From positions 9,598,275-9,662,274 of the forward strand of contig NC_134032.1 in the NCBI RefSeq assembly GCF_964204645.1: a stretch of 64,000 nucleotides of DNA, in the 5' to 3' direction. The position numbers were made by a program, and so were the translations under genes. Positions 25,448-37,900 of the stretch are shown piece by piece (the first letter of the stretch is position 1; every line of letters begins with the position of its first letter). Under the pieces are notes generated by a model. It did no database searches. It saw only the letters and a list, made by a program, of their open reading frames with translations, and was not told where the DNA came from. This stretch comes from Tubulanus polymorphus. Taxonomy: Eukaryota > Animalia > Nemertea.

Positions 25448-27831
25448 TCAGTTATTCGTTGTCGGCGTTGTTCTTTTCTTCCTGCCCGATAATCTCGACG
25501 CTTTGATTCGAGTGAATATTCTCCACGATATTCGATGATGATGATTGCGCGTTTGCTCGGGCGCGACTGCGTCATCTTCGCCGCGTAGCTTCTTCAATTC
25601 CTGGATGATCTGCTGTTTCTTTTCTCTCATTTCCTTTTCTGACGGGCTGTGCATCACTAGTGGCAGCGATAGCCGCCTACGTGGCTGAGTAGCCATGCCA
25701 CCACCACTTGTAGATGGCAACGTAGCCGATGGCGAAAACGGTTCTTTCGTTATCTGGCTCTCGACCGTTATAGATCCGTCGTCGCTACGGAGTTTTCCAA
25801 GTTCGCGAAAAATCTCGCGTTCTTTTCGTCGACTTGCCGCTGACGCATCTGTTTCCGAGTCCGGCAGGCGGACTCCGTCGGTTGCCGACGACGGCGACTC
25901 CTCCAACAGCGCCGACGTTTCGATATCGACCATTGGAGAGGTCAAGGTCGTAAAACGGAACGTACCGCCTGAACACTCAAATTGTTCGTCGACCGGTCCG
26001 ACCTGGAACGGAGCAACCGATGGTGAATACTGGTTCCGATCGAACATGCAAGGTGGCGCACTGCACGAGGAGATCTTCCGTAGATTTGGTGGGGAATTGT
26101 CAAAATTTGTATCGCAACCAGATTCCTCAGCTGTAATAAAAGAGCAGATCAGTGAGGGAGATTTATAGAGGTAGCCCCCTTTGTAGCAGTGTCTGAAGAA
26201 TAATTTCATGTTATAGGGGGGATAAAGCAGTCATCTTTTCTTAAAGTGTCTATATGGGTTGAGTAGATGATGTCATAGGGGGATTTATGGAGGAAGTCAA
26301 ACGATCTTTTATGAAAGTGTCTATAGTAACCATCTGATGACGGTATATATTTTTGCTGCAAATTGATTTCCTGACATTGAAAATGCTGATGAAACTGAAT
26401 GGCGGTAACTGAGTAACAACTAGCAACACCTAGTGGAATCCTTGCTTGCCATAGTATCAGTCAGTGCCGTTGCCTCATTATTAACCCTTTTGCTGCGCAC
26501 AAAGAAATGAACACATGTGAGACATTAATTATGAAATTAGATTGAAAATTCTGAATTTCTTTCTGAGAAAAGGCCGTACGCACAAGCAGTGCAAGTGTGT
26601 ATGCAGTGAAAGGGTTTTAATCATTACCTTCATCTCCCACTTCCTCCTCATCATCAGTGATCTCATTCTCACTATCCTCCTCCTCGGACGTCGCATCCGT
26701 ATTTGTATTCATCGTACAGTTATCGCCGACCATTATAGCATCGCTGTCTTTGATCGTGATGTATTTACCGCAGAACAACTGATAAATGATCTGCGGCTGT
26801 CTACCGTCCGCGTCATCATCAACACTGCCGCCATTGTTGCCATCGACGACGCTCGGTTTTTTAACCGGGTCGGTATGGGCGCGGTCGGCTCGGCGCCGTC
26901 TGCGCGTTTTCTTCCGCGGTCGTAACTGAAACAAATCAATGCTTTTTATTTTACGATTACTATTCACCGGGTAAGATGTCAGAAATCCCCACATGAAATC
27001 ATCAAATTCGGAGATATTGATCCAGATATTAAAGGCAACTTTTGCAAATGGCCCTGTGAATTCACCAGAAAAGATAGCTGTCTCCATAAATATCATCCGC
27101 TATTGGTATTTCTAGAAATGATTGCCACTTTTACAGATTCCCCCATGACATCAAACTATTCCTTCAGAAGAGCTAGTTGTCTCCTAGTAAGTTACCTAAT
27201 CATTGGTGTTAAGCTTTTTATAATCGGACGTGCTTATACCAATGTTCTTGTGCAGTGGTTTGTGAAAATATCCAATCGTGAAACTAAACCACTATAGTGG
27301 CCGCCATAAATAATCCCATATTACATGATCTCATTACAAAGACATTTCCAAATAAGCTGGCTGCCTCTATAAAAGACCTTACGACTTCACTGAATATAGT
27401 CCAGAAGCTTTCAGAAAAACAGTTCCCCATACGATCGAATACTCATATGATTTACTAAAATTTCAACCAATATCTTGAAGTGTAAATGTATGTTAACTTA
27501 CTGATATCTGGGGACGGTCACGCTCGTAGGTACATCGCGAATGATCATAGAATAAAAAGTCTAAAACCGAAAAAAAAACATTCCAAAAGGTAAAATTTAG
27601 AAATCATTTTCATCACTTTTGTATATGACGAATTCACATACATAAGAAATTACATCAGCAAATTTAGAAAAGTTTCCAAATACACAAGATTGATGTAAAG
27701 GGGGTGGATGGGCTGTTAGCCACATTCTACTCACTTGCCACGAGTTTCAGAATGTGGACGCCAGCGACAACATTCAGCAAACACCGGGCGAATTCCGCGC
27801 AGCTGGAAACCGCGTCAAATACCGACAGCAT
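25448..27831 (-). CDS. RHIM-motif-containing, largely disordered putative signalling adaptor (~378 aa); complement(join(25448-26130,26628-26925,27502-27560,27735-27831))
   Basis: Intron phases 1, 0, 1 chain with canonical GT-AG sites into one ORF: hydrophobic N-terminus, RPRKKTRRRRR, ITIKDSDAIMVGDNCTMN (RHIM-like), acidic tract, S/T/P-rich region and two similar charged helices. A probable 5'UTR exon has its donor near 28558. Confidence 0.75.
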
Positions 27832-28704
27832 TTTTCTTCTTATCTTTGTAAATTTCAATCATTTTCGCATTCTGTGAAAGAGGAAAATATATCAAGTCAG
27901 GCTTTTCGTTCCAGGAACAGTTCTATGAGTAGTTTTTACAGTACTACCTACAACTCTGATACAAGCCGCTGTGGAAAGAAGTAAGGCCCAGTGATAGTGA
28001 ACATGAGGCAGCTTGTAAACCCCATAGTTCAGTTAACTTTATGATAGGTTAGGCTATACCAACCACACGCAGGTTAATGACTATGAACCCCTCCCTCGAT
28101 TGGACAAACAATATCCAGCAGAGCGGGCTTGCTCGCTGCTGGATCGTCACAGTGAGTTCACTGTGATGATAGGACTAACCGCTACTTTCTGATACCAGCC
28201 TCTAGGTCTATATGAGGAAACTTTGAAAAGACGCACTGTACTGGGTAGGGCTTTGAATTTGGAGCCCCAGTTACACGAGGCACAGTCATGTGTCATGTGA
28301 TCCGATGAATAGACTCTAGTTAGTAGAAGTAGTAACAGTTACCGAATCCCAGTTACCTAGGGCTAATCGTTGGAGGTTACAAGCTTATACCAAAAACGGA
28401 TATATATTCGATGTAGTATGTGAAAATATCCGATCGTGAAACTTAACCGCAGACAGGTTAGGCCTACTGACTATAGAAGAAGGGAACTCAGTACTACGTA
28501 GTAAGATTTCTCTCGATCCGAATAAACATTTAACAATTGCATTAATTAAGACTACTTACAGCGCTTTTAGACTGATGACAGTCGCCAAACTATTTCAAGA
28601 ATCGCGCCTCAGCCATCCACCCACTTCAAGTCATTGATTCCAGGTTTATTCGCTGTTTAAAACACGTCCAAAGTCAAGAAATTCGCCGACGATTTAAAAA
28701 TATT

Positions 28705-28740
28705 TTCCCGGAAATAAAATAAAATAACCTGGGAATTCCC
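28705..28740. promoter_or_regulatory. Adjacent consensus STAT (GAS) and NF-kB sites
   Basis: TTCCCGGAA at 28705-28713 and GGGAATTCCC at 28731-28740, just upstream of the RHIM gene's probable first exon. Confidence 0.65.
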
Positions 28741-29532
28741 GTCAATAAAATTGTATTTACTTCCGCATTTGCTTCTCGACGCCGCACGGATAGAACAATT
28801 CAATTAAACGTATCTTTATTACTTCCAAACCATGTGAGGACCGGACGCAACGCACTTTGCCACTGGCCGTCCGGTGTCTATAATTTGTTATCATAACCGC
28901 AATTTTGTATGTGGAATATGCCTAATTGTGAAACACATTTTGAAATCAAAATTTATCGCAGAAGAATATCATCGTTTTGTTGCCCCAATGCGTCTATCTC
29001 TTCACCAAACCTTGTCTGATGTACCACACTAGGATCACGGTACGTAGAGCAACGTTAGTCACTGAGTGGAGACAGCCACACTACAGGACTGGGTGAATCT
29101 ATCTCATACGTGGGGACCCACCCAAAACTTCTAGCCCGCGTGCTAGCCGATCTAACCCACGGGGAAAATTTGCAGATTTTCTACTTATTTTCTTCCAGTG
29201 AAAAGGATGGCTTTGGTGAGTCCTTTTTTCTATCACGTGGTCAGGTCCATAAGCGTACACTGGTATCACGAGAGACTAAAACGGCTTTTTTAAGGGATTC
29301 TTTTAGGACGATCGTACTACCCTCTTGCAGATATTCAAACGATTTCATGTAAACTTTCTCCAGTATTTTCGTTCTCTCTCCAAAAAAGAAAAACTAGAAA
29401 TTCTGTCGGGCGCGGGGGAATTTTTGCGAGCGAAAATTGAACGATCGCCTGAGATGGCGAGCGTGTGAGTAATGTAGAGGAGCGATGCGGCTCGGAGCAA
29501 ACACAATTTGAAAACTGATCTAAGTCCTTCAC

Positions 29533-29566
29533 CTGACGATGATCTCTAGGGTGAGATCGAAACGTC
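29533..29566 (+). ncRNA. Minimal hammerhead ribozyme-like motif of the Penelope-like element type
   Basis: CTGACGA-T-GATCTC-TAGGGT-GAGATC-GAAA-CGTC: hammerhead core, perfect 6-bp stem II and GUC triplet. Stem I pairing is weak, so it may be inactive. Confidence 0.55.
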
Positions 29567-29864
29567 GTTGTATTTTATATATTTTAGGTTGTTCGAATAA
29601 ATCAATTCTTGGTTTTAAAATTCTTTTAATCTGTAGATAGTGGGTTTTTATCTAATGATCAAAGTCCTGTAAATGTTTTGATTTTCCTTCTCGAAAAAGT
29701 GATCGACCTACCTCTGGCGGTTTGACCGCGGTTCAACCTGTTACATGTCTAATCACTATTCATCCGGACAAACACGAAATATGTTTCGGTTCACACGTAT
29801 CGCGCGCTCGAGAGCAACCGGGGGCCATCGGCTGGTTACGTCTGGACGCGCACGTCCTGCGCTT

Positions 29865-29878
29865 TATATAAACCTACC
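29865..29878 (+). promoter_or_regulatory. TATA box conserved before all four astacin genes
   Basis: TATATAAACCTACC at 29865, 34918, 40190 and 47246, each ~60-80 bp before the ATG. Confidence 0.75.
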
Positions 29879-29932
29879 TTACCGGTCTTCTTTATCCGAA
29901 CCTCATTAGAGCACGCGTCGACAGTAACAGCA

Positions 29933-32900
29933 ATGACATCAGCAATTTCAGCCATACTGGTACTTCTAACGGCCGCCATCGCCCTGGCTAATGCACAGGT
30001 ATAAAGTCTACAATCATAGAAATAATTCTCTTACAATTCCTATACAGTTTACTCAACAACATATCATTAACTCTGAAACTAAAACGGCAGACCGCATAGG
30101 AAAATGCAAAGATACAAAATATGTTAAATTCAGCGTGAAGTTCAACTACGAAAGAAGCAAAATTCAAATCACATTTGGTTATAGACTTAAGATAACTACT
30201 CACAACATTCGGTTAAATACTTCAGGCACAGGGGACTGGTTTTTATTATTAGGGCCAATGCGAGTATTCCTTTTAGTTGAGATTGAAATCTCTTAATTTT
30301 ACCTCACAAAATACCAAGCAATTTCAACTATATCTATTTCCGAATAGTGAAGAAAAAGTATTTTTTTTTTAATTGATATTTTCTGATTTCTTTTTATTCA
30401 TCTAATTTCTTTTAGCAATTGAGTCCGGCAGAATTTAGACGCTATATGGGTAAGACTGTTTTTTTTATGTGAATGAACAAATAGTTCCAAGACAATTTTC
30501 CATTATTATGCCAAATGTGCCATCGATATTTTTGTATTTGGAAAAATCCAAATCTATTTTCTTAAATTATCGCTCGAGATCCATGTTTAAATTCCAAATG
30601 TACGTTTTTAGAGGAAAATCCGGAAGAATTTTCGGGTGAATTCGAAGGCGATATTATAGTAGACAGCGGATCGTCGGTAAGAAATTTGTCGCAATAGATT
30701 TGACTCTTGATTCAGTTGCGCAGTTGTCGAGATTTAATTCAAAGCTTAACATTATGATCTCATAGTTCAGAAATGCGATTTTCGGCGCTCGAAAATGGAC
30801 TAACGGAATCGTCCCTTACGACGTCAGTTCAATGAAATGTGTACGTACAAACAGCTTTCTACTTTCGATGATAGGTTAATGATACGCCCTTTCTGTTGAA
30901 CCACTCCCTTCGGACTTCGGACACTCACCACTAAATCGAGTCTGGACGGTAAATTTTGGAAATGTGCTGATGAAATGCCTAATGTCTGGTGTTTGTAGTT
31001 TATTTTCAATTAAGAATGTCTTGGCAATGCATTAAACAGGCGATCAAAATTTGGAGTGTTAAATCTTCAAACTTCTAAGGATGCAGGCTAGATAACTTTG
31101 AAATCCCGATGTCGAATGCTGAAATTACAAAATTAACCTTTTTCTATGTTGTATTCCATTTTCTTTAGCTGCAAATGCGCAACGGCTTATTCGCTCAGCT
31201 TTAAATTCTTTTGAAAATGCGATTGGACCCGATTGCGTCCAATTCGTGGAGAGGACTAATCAACGAAACTACATCCGAGTTTACAGTGGCACTGGGTAAG
31301 GTGGACCGTGGCACTTGAGTTACCCTTTGCTGAGTTATACAAGAGATTCTCTGGTTTTTTGAATATCCTTCTGACACTGAAACTTTCGAACTCTTTATTT
31401 CATCCCTCAATCCGTTGATCGCCGCCCGGGACAGTATTATCAGGTTCGAGGTTTATTTTCCCGCTCAAATCGTTGAGCATCACTCAGGGCGTTAAATCTC
31501 TTTTTCCCTTTATGGGAGCAGATAGGCCAGAACGACTCTGCCACAGACGGGACTTGAACCTGAAACCTGAATCGATGTTATCAGTTTAAACATTGGCCAC
31601 ATAATTTTTTGCATATGTAAATTACCAACTGCAAGTAACATTCCGCTTCAGAAGTAGGTTCGAATCCAACTTTTTCACGAACCATTTAGGCACGCTTATT
31701 TCAGTTGTTCGTCGAAAATCGGAATGTCTGGTGGAAGACAGTCATTGTCACTGAAAGAGAACGGTTGTCTGAGAACTGGTACAATCCAACACGAGTTCAT
31801 GCACGCGCTCGGGTTTACGCACGAACAATGCCGCAGCGACCGAAACCGTCACATCACCATCAACTACCAAAACATTCAACGAGGTACATCTTACAAAGTC
31901 AAAAATGAAGTTTTTTTTGTAAGAAGGTGAAAAACCTGTAGATACTGTTGGGAAATCCATTTGAACGAGTTATAACAGTAGACCCCATTCTCGACAACTT
32001 CAACGATTCAGTGAAATGGTGACTAGTTACTTGTGGTGACCTTTTCATGCCCAATAACTTCAATGATTCGGGTAAAATGATGCGTTGTTTCTTATGACGA
32101 CCTTCTCATTTTCGATGACTTCTTAAAACTCAGTAGAAATGACGACTTTCTTATTCAGAACTGAATTTAACTAGTCAGTATATACTATTATGATTGTTAC
32201 TAACACCGGGCTTCTCGTTCTTGGTGGCTACAAAACGATTCGGTAAAAGTGGATCGACTCAACTTAAATTACGACTCAACTAAAAACGATCCTTTAACAA
32301 TGATATGTACTTTTTTCAGGGAGAGCAGCAAATTTTGCAAGGAAAAATACCAATAACCTGCGAACTGCCTATAACTATGCATCCATTATGCACTATGGAC
32401 GCTATGCATTCAGGTGGGTACTGAATTCGAGTAGCAAGCGTTTGAGCTTTTACCAAGATTAGATCGATGATTTTGAAAATGGGATCAATCTAATTGTTGA
32501 TGGATTCTTTCGTATCTGTAGCAAAAATGGAAGTCCTACTATTGTACCCAACGACCCGAAAGCTCGAATTGGTCTCAGAGTTGGCGTTAGCCGCAACGAC
32601 CTTGACACTCAACGAATCCGACGTTTCTACAACTGTAATTAATCATTCAACCCTCTTGAAATAGATTGATGTATCATTATGTTTTATCAAGGCCGAGTCA
32701 TTCAGCAAAAGTTAATTGGAAATTGTTAGATTGGCTATAGAATCAAATGAGCTTAGGCCGGTGTTAAATCTATGCAGTCGGCCTCAGGTCATGGTTTCAC
32801 ATGGCCTTAATACATTTCCTTGCGTATTTTAGGTGTAGCGGTTGCGCCGTCGGTGAGAATATTGACGCGATCTTGCGAGGACAAACACAAATATTGCGTT

Positions 32901-32978
32901 TACTGGGCGAAAGCGGGCTACTGCAAAACGAACACGTACACTAAAAACAACTGCTGGAAATCATGCGGAACTTGTTAA
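29933..32978 (+). CDS. Astacin (M12A) metalloprotease with C-terminal ShKT, copy A (possibly frameshifted)
   Basis: 9 exons: signal peptide, FEGDI prodomain, HEFMHALGFTHEQCR, SIMHY Met-turn, six-Cys ShKT exon 32833-32978. Extra 5 nt before the exon-4 donor (30831-30840) relative to the paralogs. Confidence 0.85.
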
Positions 32979-34994
32979 TCAAAATCTAATTGTTAAAACT
33001 TGACGATGAACTCATGGAATAAAACAAATCATTGTTATCTAAATTTCAAGAGTTGCTTTTGTTTCATGTTTGGATTGACGATTCCTATGCAGTGCATTTT
33101 TAGCATACCTTTCTGATCGTATGGTGAACTTCCCTTGAGATATTTCTAACTTAAAATGGACTGACTACAAATATTATGTGTTTCATCGACACATTTAAAA
33201 CCTTAATCATTTTTAGAATAGTCGTAGGAATTTGGTCAGGACACTTTCAGATTCATCGTCCACATATTCAGTGTTAAGGAGTTCACGTGAATTACTTTTC
33301 AAAACAGCTGTGAGACATCTGCCAAATTTAGTCGGGAACCGGTGCAAATGCGTGGACAAGAGTGACTTGGGCATTGATACATGACAGGAAGAGACAGATG
33401 AGGGATAACGAGGGTTTTAATTGAATATCGAAAATGTGTCGTCGAAATAAGGTGGAGTCATTTGCAGCTGTGTTTTAGACGTAAATACACGTGCGTGGCG
33501 TTCAGGGCCCAATTTCATGAAACAAGTTAAACTCAAATCTTTGGTGTAATTGCTGGTTTTGTGAAACTGGGTCCTGCTCTTCCTGTGTGTCAAGGGTAGT
33601 TGTTTCTCTGGCCGAATGAAGATTTTTCTCGCATTTTTGTTGATTTCAAGAAAGCCTTTGACTCGATATTTTGCAGGTTAACTCTATAGAATCACATGAT
33701 ATGTAGTAGCATTACTGGGAATTTTTAGAAATGTAGTTACAATTAATATTTTGTAAAATAACAGTTTTTTAGAAATATAGTTGAAATATCTGTATCAAAT
33801 ATCCGTGTCAAATCATGCGTTAGATATGTTGGTAACTCGTCGCAACACTTTGCAACTGATAGGACAAGGTGAAAATCTATTACATATTCTTGTAATACTT
33901 ATAATCTTGAAGACGATGTTGACAACTTTTTTCTTACTCGCGGTAAACCAATTTTCGAACCCTGTATTGAAAGTCAATCAAAGTTTGTAAAGCCCGGCGC
34001 TCAGGGGCGACGTTTTCAAGCGAGTCCCAAGCAACACCAGAATTTGCTTGGTGTCGAACGAACATGTCATGATATAGAAGGTTTGTGGAGACCAAGTTTT
34101 CAAGCATTACCGTCGTCTCTTAACCCACACTGTATGGAGGTATTTTCACAACGCGCAGCTAGAGACGTATATATATTCTGATGAAGGCAACTTAAATGCT
34201 CTTAAACGAAAATCGAAATACGCATAGCTGGTACCAATTCATGTTAGTAAATTGTACAAAATTCAATATTCAACTCCTGGTGGTCGAACAAAACAAGATG
34301 TGTCCTACAACAGCTAACACTAATCTAGAAATGAAGTCAAATCTAGTATCTAGAAACGAAGATGGATGAGACTAAGCTGGCCCAGATTGAGTGAAGATGA
34401 ATTATGAAAATCTGATATAAGATCCTTTCCCAGAAAAAACCCATCACGAAGTTCACTGAAAATGGCAAACCATTTAGAAGCGCTACATGATGCTTTGGAA
34501 TACCGACCAAAAATAACATTTTGGCTACTAAATTTGGCTACTGTATGACCATGTCCGGTCGATCCAATTGTTCTTATCAAAAACTTTGCCTGTTAAAATT
34601 TACTGCATTCCATTGTTTTTTTTTTAATCTATGCTAGACATTATGCTTTCCGAAATAAACATGAACTTGAAATTGAGGGGCACGAGAGATACGGGAATAG
34701 ACGAAATTCGAAAATGTATAATTAACCTTGAATTTCATGATTTTGATCAACAATTCCTCTCGCATACCTTAGTGTACAAGGTAAGGGACCGCTCTTCGAA
34801 ATTTGATCGGTAGGTTCACTCTGTCGCACTGTTTGGAACGTGTCTAATCTATTCTACTTCCGGGCGAACATGACTCGGTTCACGCGTCCGCTCACGTCCG
34901 CGCTGCTCTCTGCGATCTATATAAACCTACCGTACTGGTCTTTCATCACTCGAACTGTAGCGGTTTGGTAAAGAACGCGTCGACAGCAGCGAAA

Positions 34995-37900
34995 ATGACA
35001 TCGACAATTTCAACCGTCCTGACACTTCTAGCGGCCGCCATAGCCCTGGTCAATGCACAGGTATAGTCTACAATATCAAAGATAATGTTTCTCATTTCCT
35101 ACAGTTTCTCCTTTACGTACAGCATTCAATTAGCTCTGAAGTTAAAACGACGGAATCCGAAAGAATGTTATAATACAACATAGTTTAACTAAATGTGGTA
35201 AATTCGACTGAAATAAAACTGGTTTAATACTTTAGGAACAAGAGTCTGGTTTTTATCATCAAGTTATTGCTAATACGGGTATTCTTTTGAGTTGAGATTT
35301 CTTAAACTTACCTCAGTGATATACTAAACAATCTCAATAATGCCACTGAATAATGGATAAAAAGTTGTTTTTTTTTTCATTCAACTGATTTCGTTAAATT
35401 TCTTTTAGCAATTGAGTCCGGCCGAATTCAGACGTTATATGGGTGAGACTGCTTTTCTTTAATGCAAATGAACAAACACCATCAATTTCCTCCCATATTC
35501 CATATGTAATGAATTAGATATTCAATCCTATCCTTTTTATGTAGCTCGTGATATACACATGTTACGACATTCTTTCAGAGGAAAATCCGGAAGAATTTTC
35601 GGGCGAATTCGAAGGCGATATCATCGTAGACAGCGCATCATCGGTAAGATATCAATGCCACCGATTTTTTCCGCAGTAATATTTGCACGGATGTAATTTA
35701 AAATTCATAATTTTGGTTCGTTTATGTTTTAGTTCAGGAATGCGATTGTCGGAGCTCGAAAGTGGACTAACGGAATCGTCCCTTACGACATCAGTTCAAT
35801 GTGTACGTACATATACTACTTTTGTCATTTTAACTTACAAATCAAAATCAAGACGCTTCAAAAACATCCGGTTAGACATTCATAGAAGTGGTCAGTCTGG
35901 GCGATCCCTTTTCGAAGGGTGCCGACTAAATGCCGATAATGTCTGCAGTTCATTTTTGGATAATGTATGCCTCGGGTATAGTTCTGAACGGACGATCAAA
36001 AATTGTAATGGAAGAATATCGAAGTTCTGAGGGATGCAGGTTCAGGCAGACTTTGAAATCCTGCTGTCAAACACAATTTAGTTCATGAAATGAAGAAAAA
36101 GCTGTTATAAATTGTTTTCTTCAGCTGCAAAAGCGCAACAGCGAATCCGTACTGCTTTAAATGCTTTTGAAAACGCGATTGGACCCGATTGCATTCAATT
36201 CGTGGAGAGGACTAATCAACGAAATTACATCAGGGTTTACAACGGTGCTGGGTAAGTCGTCACCGTGTCAGTATTAGAGTCGCCCCGTGCTGGGTTATAA
36301 AGTTACCTTGTGTTTGGTCGAGATATCCTGTGCCAAGTTGAGTAGGCCCATTTCACAGATATTTCTAGTTCTTTGCGAACCAGTGGTCTGTTATTCCTCT
36401 GACAGTGACATAATTCTACTCTTTACTTCACCCCTCGACCTCCTTAATCTCGCCATTCGGAACAGTGTTAGCGATGTACTCAAGTCTCTATATATGGGAG
36501 CAGAGAATGATTAAATCGATAAGACATTTGCATATGTAAATTAGCCTTTGCGAGTTGACATTCACCACATTGCTTCCATCCTCCCTCTGCAGGGACTCGA
36601 ACCTGATGGCATCGCTACACTCAGCCACGGCACGAACCCCTGCATCAGTAGACCGGGTGCGCAGGTACATGCGCAGCTTTCCGAACGAAAACTGGCGGCA
36701 CCAATCAGATTGCTCGTTCTACAATCGTTGAGGCAAATTTCAAGGAAGAACTATAAATGGGAAAACCCGGGCTAAAATAAAACGGGATTTCTGATTGGCT
36801 AAAAATCACATCATCTGAACTGCGCATGTATCTGCGCACGCGGTCGATTATGGCAGGGTCTCGTGCCGTGGCAATCTTGATGCCATCAGGTTCGAATCGC
36901 TGCGGGGAGAGGATGCATTGCTTCAGAAGTAGGTTCGAGTCCTATTTGCGATTTTCAAAAATGGCAAAATCATTTCAGTTGTTCGTCGCGAATCGGAATG
37001 TCTGGCGGAAGACAGCCATTGTCACTGCAAGAGAACGGTTGTCTGAGAACCGGTACAATCCAACACGAGTTCATGCACGCGCTCGGGTTTACGCACGAAC
37101 AATGCCGCAGCGACCGAAACCGTCACATCACCATCAACTACCAAAACATTCAACGAGGTACATCTTACAAAGTCAAAAATGAATTTTTTTTGTAAGAAGG
37201 TGAAAAACCTGTAGATACTGTTGGGAAATCCATTTGAGCGAGTTATAACAGTAGACCCCATTCTCGACAACTTCAACGATTCAGTGAAATGGTGACTAGT
37301 TACTTGTGGTGACCTTTTCATGCCCAATAACTTCAATGATTCGGGTAAAATGATGCGTTGTTTCTTATGACGACCTTCTCATTTTCGATGACTTCTTAAA
37401 ACTCAGTAGAAATGACGACTTTCTTATTCAGAACTGAATTTAACTAGTCAGTATATACTATTATGATTGTTACTAACACCGGGCTTCTCGTTCTTGGTGG
37501 CTACAAAACGATTCGGTAAAAGTGGATCGACTCAACTTAAATTACGACTCAACTAAAAACGATCCTTTAACAATGATATGTACTTTTTTCAGGGAGAGCA
37601 GCAAATTTTGCAAGGAAAAATACCAATAACCTGCGAACTGCCTATAACTATGCATCCATTATGCACTATGGACGCTATGCATTCAGGTGGGTACTGAATT
37701 CGAGTAGCAAGCGTTTGAGCTTTTACCAAGATTAGATCGATGATTTTGAAAATGGGATCAATCTAATTGTTGATGGATTCTTTCGTATCTGTAGCAAAAA
37801 TGGAAGTCCTACTATTGTACCCAACGACCCGAAAGCTCGAATTGGTCTCAGAGTTGGCGTTAGCCGCAACGACCTTGACACTCAACGAATCCGACGTTTC

